Of a stretch of 64,000 bases of DNA, positions 30,135 to 40,633 are shown piece by piece (position 1 is the first letter of the stretch; each line of letters starts with the position of its first letter). Under the pieces are notes generated by a model. That model was given only the letters and a program-made list of their open reading frames with translations, ran no database searches and was not told the origin of the DNA. Location of the stretch: the NCBI GenBank assembly GCA_963845755.1, contig CAWJTV010000026.1, forward strand, positions 64,001 to 128,000. Reading direction: 5' to 3'. This stretch comes from an uncultured Planctomycetota bacterium (GTDB taxonomy: Bacteria; Planctomycetota; Planctomycetia; Isosphaerales; Isosphaeraceae). A program made the position numbers and the translations under genes.

Positions 30135-33100
30135 ATGAGCACCGAGAAGTCAACCGATCGTCAGCATCTGCCGATCGACGTCCTCGAGCGGCTCGCAACG
30201 GAGCAGCCCGGCGGAGGACCCGTCGCGGCGGAGACCCTGCCGGACATCTGGCGCTGCCTGCTCTTCGGCCTGCTGGCCTATCAGAACGGACTGATCGACC
30301 AGTCGGTCCTGATCGATGCCCTGCGCGCCATCGCCAGGGGCAAGTCCGGCTCGGTGGCCGAGACGCTCGTCGTGCAGGGCGCTCTCGACGCCAGCCACCG
30401 CGCCTTGATCGAGAGCGTGCTCGTCGAGAATCTCAGGCTCCACGGCGGCGATGTCGAAGGGAGCCTTGCGCCGATGCCGATGGACGGGAGCACCCGGGAC
30501 CAGCTCGTGGCCCTGAACGACACCGGGCATGATACCACGATCACCGCTGCAGGCGACAGCCCGCGATCGACCGTACTCAAAGGAGACGGCGCGGACCGCG
30601 GCCTCACATTCGCCGCCCCGATGTTCGCCGCCCCGGGGGAACGGTTTCGCGTCCTCCGTGCCCACGCCCGGGGTGGCCTGGGCGCCGTCTTCGTCGCGCT
30701 GGACCAGGAATTGCACCGCGAGGTCGCGCTCAAGCAGATCCTCGACCGTCACGCCGACGACCCGACCAGCCGCGCCCGGTTCCTCATCGAGGCCGAGATC
30801 ACGGGCGGGCTGGAACATCCCGGGATCGTCCCCGTCTACGGCCTGGGGATCTACGCGGATGGCCGGCCCTATTACGCGATGCGGTTCATCCAGGGCGATT
30901 CGCTGAAGGAAGCCATCGAGCACTTCCATGCCGATGAGCCGCTGAAGACCGACATCGGGCGGCGCTCGCTGGAGCTGCGGAAGCTGTTGCGACGGTTCCA
31001 GGACGTCTGCAACGCCATCGAGTACGCGCACAGCCGCGGGGTCCTGCACCGCGACCTGAAGCCGGCCAACGTGATCCTGGGAAAACACGGCGAGACGCTG
31101 GTTGTGGATTGGGGCCTGGCCAAGCCGCTGGGTCGAACCGAGCCCGACGTACCCGGCGACGAGCGGCCACTGACGCTCTCGTCGGCCAGCGGGTCGGCCG
31201 AGACGCTGCCGGGCAGCGCGATGGGGACTCCGGGCTACATGAGCCCCGAGCAGGCCTCCGGGGAGCTCCATCGCCTTGGCCTGCGGTCGGACGTCTACAG
31301 CCTCGGTGCGACCCTGTACTGCCTCCTGACCGGCCACCCGCCGTTCGAGGGGGACGACGTCATCGCCGTGCTGCGTGCCGCGCAGCAGGGCGAGGTCCGA
31401 CCGCCCCGGCTGATCGACCCGACGCTGGACCGGCCCCTGGAGGCGATCTGCCTGAAAGCGATGGCCCGGCGGCCCGAGGATCGCTACCCGAGGGCGCGGC
31501 GCTGGCCGAGGACCTCGAGAGGTGGCTCGCCGACGAGCCGGTCTCGGCCTACGCCGAGCCGTGGACCAGGCGAGCCCGTCGCTGGGCGCGGCGGCATCGC
31601 ACTTTGGTTGTCACCTCGGCCTGGCTCCTGGTCAGCTCGGTCATCGGCCTGGCCGTCGGCCTGATCCTGCTCCAGGACAAGCAGCGCCAGACGGAGGCCG
31701 CGAGGCGGGAAGCCGTGGACAACCTCTACGCCGCTCAGCGTGCCCGAAGTGCCGCCGACGCCTCGCGCCACGAGGCCGAGGCGAACTTCGCCCGCGCGAT
31801 GGATGCCGTGGAGACGATGCTGGTGCGCGTCAGCGAGAAGCATCTGGTCAACCTGCCCCACTTCGAGCCGGTCCGGCGGCGGCTCCTGGAGGACGCCCTG
31901 GCCTTCTACCAGGACTTCCTCGCCCGCGCGGGCCATGAGCCGGGCGTGGCCCTCCAGGCGGCCCGCGCATATCGTTTTACCGGCGTCGTCCATCGCGAGG
32001 TCGGGCAGCGCGATCCGGCACACCAGGACCTGGTCAAGGCATCCGACCTGCTGGGCCAGATCCCCGTCGGACCCGAGCGCGACCGGGAACTGGCAGCCGT
32101 CCACCAGGCCCGCGCCCAGGTCTGCATCGACGAGAGTCGCCGGACCGAGGCCGTCGACGAGCTGCGGCGCGCGCTGGCGCGTACTCGACCCACTGCGGGA
32201 TGCTTCCGTCGAGGTCCGCGATCGCCGTGCCTTCCACGTCCAGGAGGCCGACGCGCACTCCAGGCTGGCCCTCCAGCTTTCCTTCCTGAACCGCTTCGAT
32301 GAGGCCCGCAAGGCCTTCCGACAGGCTCGTTCCTCGCTGGAGCGGCTCATCGCGACGGATCCCGACGAGTCTTTTCGATATCGGTTGTCCGCCCTCGAGC
32401 ATAACGAGGCGCTCGCGGATATGCTCCAGACCGACTACGCCGCCGCCGCGGGGCACCTGGGCCGCGCCGTCCAGCTCCAGGACGAGCTCCGCAAATCCTG
32501 CGCCGGACGTGGTCCACTACCGCCGGGACCAGGCCAACTCGCTCCAGGGGCTCTCTAGGGCCCTGGGACAACTGGGGAGGCTCGCCGAGGCCATCGAGGC
32601 GAGCCGTCGGGCGATCGACCTCCTGGGGCACCTCGCCGCCGACTACCCGACCGTCCCGGAATACCGCTTCCTGCTGGCTGCGGCACACCACAACCTGGCT
32701 GCCGCCTTCTACGATAACAGCCGCCTCGAATCCGCACGGGAGGAATACCGGCGCGCGATCGAAGCGATGGACGTGCTGATGCGGCGCGAGCCGACGAACC
32801 CGGCCTATCTCCGCGACCTGGCCAACTCGCACATGTGGCTGGGAAATGTCGAGAAGAGGCTTCGAGAACCGGACGAAGCGGCCCGGGAGATTACCCGGGC
32901 CCGCGACCTCTTCGCCGAGGCGGCCCGCCTACGCCCTGAGTCGCCCGAGTATCGCTTCAGCATCGCGGCAGCCGAGCACAACATGGCCGACGCCCTCGAG
33001 CACACCGGCCGTCTGGATCTGGCCGAGCAGGGATACCGGCAGTCTCAGCGGATCCTCACGGAGTTGTTCGCGCACGCCCCCGATAACGGGCTCTACGCCC

Positions 33101-33591
33101 GTGACCTGGCCAATTCCGGCGCCCACCTCGGCCGCAGCCTCCTGGCCCGGGGCCAGCGCTCGGGCGCCATCGTGGAGCTGACTCGGGCCCTGGAGCTCTG
33201 GGATGGGCTCCTCGCCCGGACGCCCCGCGATCCGGACGACGTCGAGAGTCGTGCCTGGACCCTGATCCTCCTCGGCCGGATCGATGAGGCCATCCAGGCC
33301 GCCGAAACGCTGGCCGACGGGAAGCATCCCTACGCGGCCGCCTGCATCCTGGCGTACCACCTGGCGCGACCGGGCCGCGACCCGTTCGCCGCCGCCCGGA
33401 TCCCCGAAGACCGGGGCGACGCCCTCGCCGATCGCGCCCTGCCTCTCCTCGCCCGGGCCGTCGCCCAGGGCGAGGCCACGCGCCAGCGCATCGAGGACGA
33501 CGAGCAACTCGACGCACTCCGCGCCCGCTTCCCGGCATTGTTCGACCTCCTGCTCGACCGCAACTTCCCGTCCGACCCGTTCGCCCACTGA
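30135..33591 (+). CDS. Ser/Thr protein kinase with TM segment and TPR array (apparent frameshifts near 31495, 32180, 32500)
   Basis: HARGGLGAVF, VALK, HRDLKPAN, VDWGLAK, GTPGYMSPEQ; TM LVVTSAWLLVSSVIGLAVGLILL; repeated PEYR..LA....NL helices. Confidence 0.88.
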
Positions 33592-33846
33592 GAGTCTGTT
33601 CCCTAAGTCCCCTCCTGAGCCCCCGGATGGGGGCGGAAGCACGTAGCCAGGGGCGTGAGCCCCTGGACGCGGGGAGTTCCTCCGATCCGGGGAGCCCCGG
33701 AGGGGCGACAGACACCCTCTGGCCCTGAGGACGTCTGTCGCCCCTCCGGGGCTCGAACGAAGGGCGAGGGGGTCGCGGTCGATCGTCCAGGGGCTCACGC
33801 CCCTGGCTACGTCCGGTCGCCCCTCTGGGGCTCTTGGAACCGACTC
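33592..33846. mobile_element. MITE with GAGTC(T/G)GTTCC ends, TGA duplication and nested REP-like palindromes
   Basis: TGA|GAGTCTGTTCC ... GGAACCGACTC|TGA; internal CGTAGCCAGGGGCGTGAGCCCCTGG and its inverted copy; GAGCCCCGGAGGGGCGACAGAC/GTCTGTCGCCCCTCCGGGGCTC. Confidence 0.8.
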
Positions 33847-33967
33847 TGAGCGGTTTCCCCGCGGTCTCAAGCGGTCGGCAGGAATTCAGTGACCCAGGGT
33901 CGGGATGTCGTCGGCTCCTGCCGAAGGGCCATCGGGGCTCGCAGGAAGGGAGGGAGCCGGCGGTTGC

Positions 33968-34001
33968 CCGTTACCGCAGACCCGGGAGTCTGCGGTAACG
34001 G
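33968..34001. terminator. Strong hairpin between convergent genes (terminator or REP)
   Basis: CCGTTACCGCAGAC-CCGGGA-GTCTGCGGTAACGG; no U tract. Confidence 0.45.
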
Positions 34002-34066
34002 ACTGATCCGCTCGGGGTTCTTCGCTCGATAAGTCAGGCTTGGGCCGTAGGGCTGAGCGGGTAGGC

Positions 34067-34789
34067 TCAGGCACCCGAAGCCCTTCGTCGCCTCAAACCG
34101 CAGCCGATCAGGCCCAGCGCGGCCGTGCAGCCGAGCAACAGGCTCGAAGGCTCGGGGACGGACGCGGTCATGATCGTCCCCGAAAACGAGGTCTTCTGGT
34201 CAGAGTGGTTGGCAGTGAGTTGGGTGAGGCTCTCTGCCGGGAGAAATTGGAATGTGATCGAGACGACGCCACCACTGAAATTCGCGTCGTTGCGAACCTC
34301 AACCAGGTCGGCGTTTGTGCCGGTGTAGACGACATTCGACAGATTGATGGCCCCGGACACGTCAACCGTCCCGCCCGTCCCCACCGTGTCTATGTCCACG
34401 CCGGTGATCGTTGCGGTTAACGAATGCAGGGCGCCATCCGTGATCGTGAGGAGGCCGCCGCTCGTGGAGACCGGCGCCATCTGCAACGGACCGAGTGTAA
34501 CGATCGACGCCTTCGTATACGAGAACGTCCCGCCGATCGTCCCGTGAAGCCCGACAGAATCACCGACCCCGTTACTGGAGGTGATGTCGAAACCTTGACC
34601 CGATCCATTGTTATTGAATTCAAAGGTTGTCCCCGTCCCCGAGCCCTTGAATTCGACATTCGCCCCTACGTCAGAGGATATGTCCAGGGTCAGACCCGCT
34701 CGGGCATCCGGTCCGAAGCAGAGTCCGAGGAGGGCTGCCAGCGCCCAAGTCAGCGACTTCGTTCTTGCAATAGCGCAAAGATGTCTCAT
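34067..34789 (-). CDS. PEP-CTERM sorting domain protein
   Basis: Signal peptide ending ARA-G, Thr/Ser/Gly-rich beta body, VPEPSSLLLGCTAALGLIGCGLRRRR. Confidence 0.9.
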   Translation of the reverse strand: MRHLCAIARTKSLTWALAALLGLCFGPDARAGLTLDISSDVGANVEFKGSGTGTTFEFNNNGSGQGFDITSSNGVGDSVGLHGTIGGTFSYTKASIVTLGPLQMAPVSTSGGLLTITDGALHSLTATITGVDIDTVGTGGTVDVSGAINLSNVVYTGTNADLVEVRNDANFSGGVVSITFQFLPAESLTQLTANHSDQKTSFSGTIMTASVPEPSSLLLGCTAALGLIGCGLRRRRASGA

Positions 34790-35022
34790 CTAGGTGGATC
34801 TACCTTTCTGGGGCCACGCCCCAGCTCTCGGCCTCCGATGTTCGGAGTTCGTATTGAGAGAGCCAGGTGGAGACCATGCCCGAACCGCACTCTATCGGGG
34901 ACACCGAACCGCAGCAAGCATGGTTGCAATAAAGGAGCGCCCGGATCGAGAAATGTTGAAATCGCAGGACAGAGTGTCGGCTTTCGGAAGCATTAGTCCG
35001 TGTCGATCCGGCGGCGGACCCC

Positions 35023-35126
35023 GATTCGTGATTCGCCATTCCCGATTCCCGAATCATTCCCCGTTGGGAATCTGGAATCGCGAATCGGGAATCCCGATGG
35101 GGTTGCGGCCGAAGGTCGCGTTAGGT
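35023..35126. repeat. Degenerate heptamer inverted array (GATTCNN)n/(NNGAATC)n
   Basis: GATTCGT GATTCGC CATTCCC GATTCCC ... GGAATCT GGAATCG CGAATCG GGAATCC, ending in GGTTGCGGCCGAAGGTCGCGTTAG. Confidence 0.75.
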
Positions 35127-35571
35127 TGCCGGCCGGTCTCTTGGTGTGCCGTTGCTATGTCCTCCCGCGCGGCACACTGGACGGGTCCGGCGAATCGACG
35201 AGGCGGGAGTGTCGGCCGGCCCGGCCTGATGGCGGCTTGTAACCTTCGAATCAGCGACCGCCCGAACGCCGTTCGACCCCTTCGGCCGAGGTGGACACCG
35301 TCATCAACTGTCCGGCCTCGGCATTATTCCTCGACGGAGAGCGGGACATGACAACAACGAGGATCGTGATTGTTCTGCTGATCGCGATCTTGGGCGTCTT
35401 GCTGATACGATATGCCATGAAGCGGGGCGGCACATGATCGGTCGAGATCCGTGGGTCTCGGCGCCATCCACCAGGCGGAGCCACAATGTTCCGAGTCGGC
35501 CGCCAGGGCGAGGGCATCGCCGCTGGGTCGTTTTGGGCGCTCTTACCAAAAGCGTGTCGGTACCAGGCTGA

Positions 35572-35985
35572 CTACCCGGGAGAAACCGGCGCCGCCTCGC
35601 TGTTCGGAGCCCGCTTGGCGGGATTACGCCCGGCGCGAGACGTGCGTCGCCACCGGGGGGCCGACCGGCCGACGTAACGGGGCTCGCCGCCTTGCTCATT
35701 CTCCTGGCCGTCGCCGAGGGAACCGGTCTGATCGGATCTGGACTTGACTTGCAGGAAGCTAGACCGCGACCTGATGAAGCCGGCGCCCGCCGTCAGACAC
35801 GCCAGGTTCGCCACGATGATCAAGGCCACCAGGATCGTCGTCGCTTCCGACTTGCCCCGCCGCAGCCACGAATAAACACATGCTGTCAGCGTGGCGATCA
35901 AGACCGCCAGGATCAACGCCCCGATGAGCGTTTCCGGCCCTAAATCCAGGAGCAGGTCGATCGTCAATCCGACCGGTTGGGGCAT
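35572..35985 (-). CDS. Hypothetical membrane protein (2 TM)
   Basis: SD GGAGG before ATG; TMs LIGALILAVLIATLTACVY and ILVALIIVANLACLTAGAGF. Confidence 0.7.
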   Translation of the reverse strand: MPQPVGLTIDLLLDLGPETLIGALILAVLIATLTACVYSWLRRGKSEATTILVALIIVANLACLTAGAGFIRSRSSFLQVKSRSDQTGSLGDGQENEQGGEPRYVGRSAPRWRRTSRAGRNPAKRAPNSEAAPVSPG

Positions 35986-36010
35986 GCCTCCAACTCCTTC
36001 TTTCTTACTG

Positions 36011-36072
36011 GCTGTTTCAAAACGGGGACTGGCTCCGAGTCTTCGAGGTGCCTGTCCCCCTTTTGAAACAGC
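36011..36072. repeat. Mini palindromic element
   Basis: GCTGTTTCAAAA-CGGGGACTGGCTCC...GGTGCCTGTCCCCC-TTTTGAAACAGC. Confidence 0.75.
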
Positions 36073-36487
36073 TCCTTCATGCTGCGAGCGCGGTGGCGAG
36101 GCCGTAATGCTCCCCCGCTGAAAAAGCCACGTGCAGGGCGGCTTCGCTACCGTCCTTGCCGGAATACCTAATTCTCTCAGCGTCGTCCGCTCGCGCTGTG
36201 TCCCCAAAAAACCGTGTCGGCTCGGGCGGCGAGAATCGGAAATCGCTCCCGCAATCGCCGCGCAGCTCGTCGCGACGCGCCGTGGACCAGGAGAATGCGC
36301 CGGCATGGTGCCGGACGGCGGCGATCCTCCACCGATTACCCCACAAGAGGCAACGTGTCTCGCTCCGTTCCCCGCCGCATTCATATCGATGAACGTCGAA
36401 CACCTGTTAGAGCCGCCGCCTCGCCACGGGCAGGCTCCGCTCGTAATGCGGCGATCCCGGCCCGGTCCGCCGCTGAGGGCCACTCGA

Positions 36488-37510
36488 TCATGGGCCACCG
36501 AGGGCCTGGATTCGATCGGTCGCCGTCCTGGCCTCCGTCGTCCCCGGAAACTCCCTGGCGATCCTGCGATACCGGACAATCGACGCGTCAGGCTTGTCCG
36601 ACTTCTCCAGGTTCCGCGCGACGCGCAGCAGCATGGTCGCCCGGTTCGACTTCGGCGCCGGCTTGCGGGCCGCCTCGCGCAGGGTCGGCCCCGGAATAAT
36701 TCGTGGCAGCGCGATTTCCAGGCTTGAGACCGGGATCCTGACGAACTTGGCCAGCGTCCAGCCGATCCGGCCTTTCCAGGGGCCTTCGACGATCCGCAGT
36801 TCCGCGACGTCGCGATCGTCGATCTCGTGGCGTTTCACGACCCGCACCCCGGTCATCCACTCGAGGCTGGCGACCCGGCCGCTGGCGATCAGCTCATCCC
36901 TCGCGGCGTAATCCTTGGCCTCCATCGATTTGAGCAATTCCCGGAACGCGAAGTCATCCTCCGCGACCAGCGTCGGGGCGTGATCGCCCGTGCTCAGCGA
37001 TCCGAGCTTTCCGGGGGTAGGATCGGCGAATTCGTGCCGGATCGCAAGGGCGGGGGATCGGCCCAACTCGGGATTCGGCCCGTCGTGGTCCGCGAGGTAT
37101 GGGGCGGGAATCCAGCGGGGTTGCGGGAATCTCTCCGCGTAGACCGCGTCAAGGAACTTGATCCGGGCGAGCCCCCCGGAAACCTCGACGACCTCGACCT
37201 CCGTCCCATTCGCGATCGCTTCCATATTGTCGTGCCACAGCGCCCGGATGTGAGACGCGTCCCTTTCCCCGGCGGCGTCAAGGAACTCGCGATAGGCGGC
37301 CTCGTCGCGGAAGGCGGGAACACGGCCGTCGAGATCGTCGATCCGGCCGTTCGGCGCCCGGACCTTGACCCTGTCCCCCGGCTTCGGCAACTCCGCCGCG
37401 GGGTTGACATCGGCCTGGACAGCGGCCTTCACTGCGGGCATTCCCGGCGCCGAAGCCTTGGCTAGCGGGGCCGGGGCGACGAGAACCGAAGCGATCAACG
37501 CGGAGAGCAT
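36488..37510 (-). CDS. Hypothetical secreted protein with two internal repeats and a C-terminal TPR-like hairpin
   Basis: Signal-like MLSALIASVLVA; repeats PGDRV...GTEVEVV..ARIKFLD..WIP and PGKLG...TGVRVV..AELRIVEG..WTL; start may be 37543. Confidence 0.7.
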   Translation of the reverse strand: MLSALIASVLVAPAPLAKASAPGMPAVKAAVQADVNPAAELPKPGDRVKVRAPNGRIDDLDGRVPAFRDEAAYREFLDAAGERDASHIRALWHDNMEAIANGTEVEVVEVSGGLARIKFLDAVYAERFPQPRWIPAPYLADHDGPNPELGRSPALAIRHEFADPTPGKLGSLSTGDHAPTLVAEDDFAFRELLKSMEAKDYAARDELIASGRVASLEWMTGVRVVKRHEIDDRDVAELRIVEGPWKGRIGWTLAKFVRIPVSSLEIALPRIIPGPTLREAARKPAPKSNRATMLLRVARNLEKSDKPDASIVRYRRIAREFPGTTEARTATDRIQALGGP

Positions 37511-37884
37511 CGGATCGACTCCCGTGGGCAAGATTCGGATCATGAGGGGATTCGTCCACTCTCTCGGAAGATTACCGATTCGGCGCCCGTGTCCACAAGC
37601 CAGTGCAAGAAGCCCTGACCAGACTTCTCCATCGCCTGGTCGGCAACCGCTCGGCACGCCCTGCCTACGCAGGGCCGCTCAGTCTATAGAGGGGAGGTCG
37701 GACGAGGGACACAGCACACTCCCAGCCCACCCAGCCGATATGTGTGCTGTCTCCGTTTTCTCGTCCGTCCCCGAGCGTCTCCTGTCTACCCCCTTTGATC
37801 TACGCCCCAATCGTTTCCGAGCTCTATACCACCGGCCTACCCGGCCAAACCATTCTCCGATAGGATGATCTCGGGAGGACTACC

Positions 37885-38085
37885 ATGACGACCACGAACC
37901 ATCCATCGAATACGCGAACGGACCTGGAATACGCGCTTCACCTGATCATGACGGGCCAGAAAGCCCCGGCGTTTGCGGCGCGCGTGCAAGCGCAGACGGA
38001 GAAGATCGCCGAAGACATCCAGAGAAAACACGGCATCCTGAACGTGGCCGTGGATCTGATCCGCGAAGTTCGTGACGAAGCATGA
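37885..38085 (+). CDS. Putative type II antitoxin
   Basis: 66 aa, SD GGAGG, ends VDLIREVRDE, ATGA overlap with the PIN toxin. Confidence 0.7.
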   Translation: MTTTNHPSNTRTDLEYALHLIMTGQKAPAFAARVQAQTEKIAEDIQRKHGILNVAVDLIREVRDEA

Positions 38086-38739
38086 GATACGTCCTGGACA
38101 GCAACATCGGACTGGAATGGGTGCTGACCGAGGCCGACTCGGACAAGGCGCGGCGGCTGAGAAGCGAGTATCAGAACCAGGTTCACGAATTACTCGCTCC
38201 CGATGTGTTTCCTGTGGAGGTCGCGCACGCCCTTGCGAAAGCGGAGCGACGGGGAATTATTGACACTCCTCGCTCATCACCACCTCGGTTCGACAGAGTT
38301 CTCTACGCCAACGGCGTTGCACAGCAAAGCCCAGGGTCGCCGCAGGCGCACCCTGGGAACGTCGAGTCGCCACCGAGTTCCGGTTTCCCTCTCCTCCGGC
38401 GCACCCCAACGGGGTTTCCCCAGCCCGACGCTCCGGTTCGCCTGGGGAGGAAGTTCCCGACCCAGGGTGCGCCTGCGGCGAACCTGGGCTTTGCTCTTAA
38501 CGCCTTTGGCGTAAGGGTTGCCGCGGAATCCCGCTCGTCGGTTCATGAACCGAGTGGTGTTCGGCGAGAAGTGTCGAATTATTCCCCAGGGGGACGCGGA
38601 CCGGCTGTTGACGAACGTCCTCTCGACGCCACCATAACTGCATACATATCTGCCCTTGCTCAAGAGGGCACCCGACATCGCCTCCCCGGAACGCATCGGA
38701 GTTTATGATTGTCTTTACGTGGCTCTGGCGGAGCGGGAG
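38082..38739 (+). pseudogene. vapC: VapC/PIN toxin disrupted by a MITE, an in-frame stop and IS66
   Basis: MRYVLDSN...PVEVAHALAKAERRGII | MITE | PQGDADRLL...PP(TAA 38635)...RIGVYDCLYVALAERE | IS66. Confidence 0.88.
38262..38575. mobile_element. MITE (GACACT ends, 8-bp duplication GAATTATT) carrying an inverted REP-like doublet
   Basis: GAATTATT|GACACTCCTCGCTCATCACCAC ... GTGGTGTTCGGCGAGAAGTGTC|GAATTATT; removal restores the vapC frame. Confidence 0.92.
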
Positions 38740-40274
38740 GTATCCGTTCACACCCCTCGAACCTTTTGTACAGTCAGTTCGTATTACTGTATATGAACCC
38801 GCAGCCTCCGATCCCTGAACCCCTCTGGAACACCATACCGGCGGACGCCCAGGCTGCCCTTCGGGATGCCTGGAAATCGCTGGAGGATCGGATTGCCGAG
38901 TTGGAGGCCACGGTGCGCGATCTCCAAGCCCGGCTCCAACTCAATTCCACCAACTCGTCCAAGCCGCCTTCGTCCGACCCGATCGGCCTGAAGCGAAAGC
39001 CACCGACTCCGCCCTCTCCGCGAAAACGGGGTGGGCAGCCCGGCCATCGCAAGGCGTTTCGCGCCTTGGTCCCTCCCGAGAAACTCCGCTCCTCCCAGGA
39101 CTGCAAGCCCTGCGCCTGTCGGCGCTGTGGGCATGCGCTGCTCGGTGAGGACCCCAATCCCCGGATTCATCAGGTCGCCGAACTGCCCAAGATCGAGCCC
39201 CTGGTCGACGAATACCGGTTGCATCGCCTGGCGTGCCCGGATTGTGGGGAGACCACCTGCGGCACCCTGCCCGAGGGCGTTCCCACGGTCAGCTTTGGCC
39301 CCGACTTGCAGGCCACCTTGGCCACCTTGGCTGGGGCCTACCGCCTGAGCAAGCGGCAGATCCAGCAACTGGCCAGCGACCTGTTCGGGCTGTCGATCTC
39401 CACCGGGATGATCAGCAAGCTGGAGCGGCAGTCGGCTGGGGTGTTGGAGGCCCCCTACAACGAATTGGCCACCGCGGTCCACACGGCGGGGGTGATCCAC
39501 GCCGATGAGACCTCGTGGCGTCAGGAGCGGGGCAAGGTCTGGCTGTGGGCGACGGTCGCCGGGCTGATCACGGTCTTCACGATCGCCCGCAACCGTAATG
39601 CCCAGGTGGCCCAGGCCGTGCTGGGGACCCAAGAGGGCTCGATCGCGGTGACCGACCGGTTGGGCTCCTATGACTGGATCGTCGGGGCCAACCGACCGAT
39701 CTGCTGGAGTCATCTCCGCCGCGATTTCCAGGCGATGATCGACCGAGGCGGCGACGCCGAAGCGATCGGCAAGGCGCTGTTGCGACGGTCGGACCGGCTG
39801 TTCCGGTGGTGGCATCGCTACGCGGCCGAGAAAGTGGACTGGGGGCAGTTCCGCACGGCGATGGTCCGGTTGAGGCGCGAAGTCAAAGCGGCGCTGGAAG
39901 ACGGAGTGCGCTGCGAGTGCCCGCGAACGCGGGGGACCTGCGCCGAGATCCTGCGCGTCGAGGAGAGCCTGTGGACCTTCGCGCGGGTTCCGGGAGTGGC
40001 GCCGACCAACAATGCGGCGGAGCGGGCGGTACGGCACGCGGTGATCTGGCGTCGGATCCGCGGGGGTACCGACAGCGCGCAGGGAAGCCGGTTCGTGGAA
40101 CGAATGTTGACGGTGGTGGCCACGTGCCGCCAACAGGGGCGGAACGTGCTGGACTACCTCACATCCTGTTTCGCGGCGGCTCGAAGCGGCCAAGCGATCC
40201 CCTCCCTCTCGCCAGCGACTCCACCAAGGTTCAAAGCCGCTTGATTTCAGCTATCCCGCCCTATGAACCGGTAC
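38740..40274 (+). mobile_element. IS66-family element, single-ORF type
   Basis: Ends GTATCCGTTCA / TGAACCGGTAC; no target duplication seen. Confidence 0.85.
38793..40244 (+). CDS. IS66 family transposase
   Basis: NSTNSSKPPSSD, GGQPGH, C..CG..L Zn finger, HADETSW, CWSHLRRDF, PTNNAAERAVR. Confidence 0.93.
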   Translation: MNPQPPIPEPLWNTIPADAQAALRDAWKSLEDRIAELEATVRDLQARLQLNSTNSSKPPSSDPIGLKRKPPTPPSPRKRGGQPGHRKAFRALVPPEKLRSSQDCKPCACRRCGHALLGEDPNPRIHQVAELPKIEPLVDEYRLHRLACPDCGETTCGTLPEGVPTVSFGPDLQATLATLAGAYRLSKRQIQQLASDLFGLSISTGMISKLERQSAGVLEAPYNELATAVHTAGVIHADETSWRQERGKVWLWATVAGLITVFTIARNRNAQVAQAVLGTQEGSIAVTDRLGSYDWIVGANRPICWSHLRRDFQAMIDRGGDAEAIGKALLRRSDRLFRWWHRYAAEKVDWGQFRTAMVRLRREVKAALEDGVRCECPRTRGTCAEILRVEESLWTFARVPGVAPTNNAAERAVRHAVIWRRIRGGTDSAQGSRFVERMLTVVATCRQQGRNVLDYLTSCFAAARSGQAIPSLSPATPPRFKAA

Positions 40275-40633
40275 GATCGAGAACATCGGCTTATCATGAG
40301 CGGATTAAGGTGGTCCGAGCCAAGCTGCGCGGCGAGCGTCTACTCCTGCCCTTGACGGTAGCCCCGGACACCAGCCAACCGCGGGCGGCCATCAGGCGGC
40401 CTCGGCTTGGGCACTCTCTCCGTCCCCCAAGAGCCGCTCGCCCACCCTTGCACCGCCAACCCGACGCGGCTACGATGATCGTACGCCCAAGGCACGCTTT
40501 AACACTGGCTTAATGACGGATCACGTTATCAGCACTTCATTGGCCGGTTCTAGGTTCCCTCGCAAAGCCGGCGTCGCCGGGCAGGATTCCGGCGAGCGAA
40601 TTCAGCGGAAGACATCAAAGGGAGGCACGCACC

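Noticed and set aside
38082..38708. 208-aa ORF as an extended VapC
   Set aside because: It is read-through across the MITE into the wrong frame; the true PIN continuation is in another frame.
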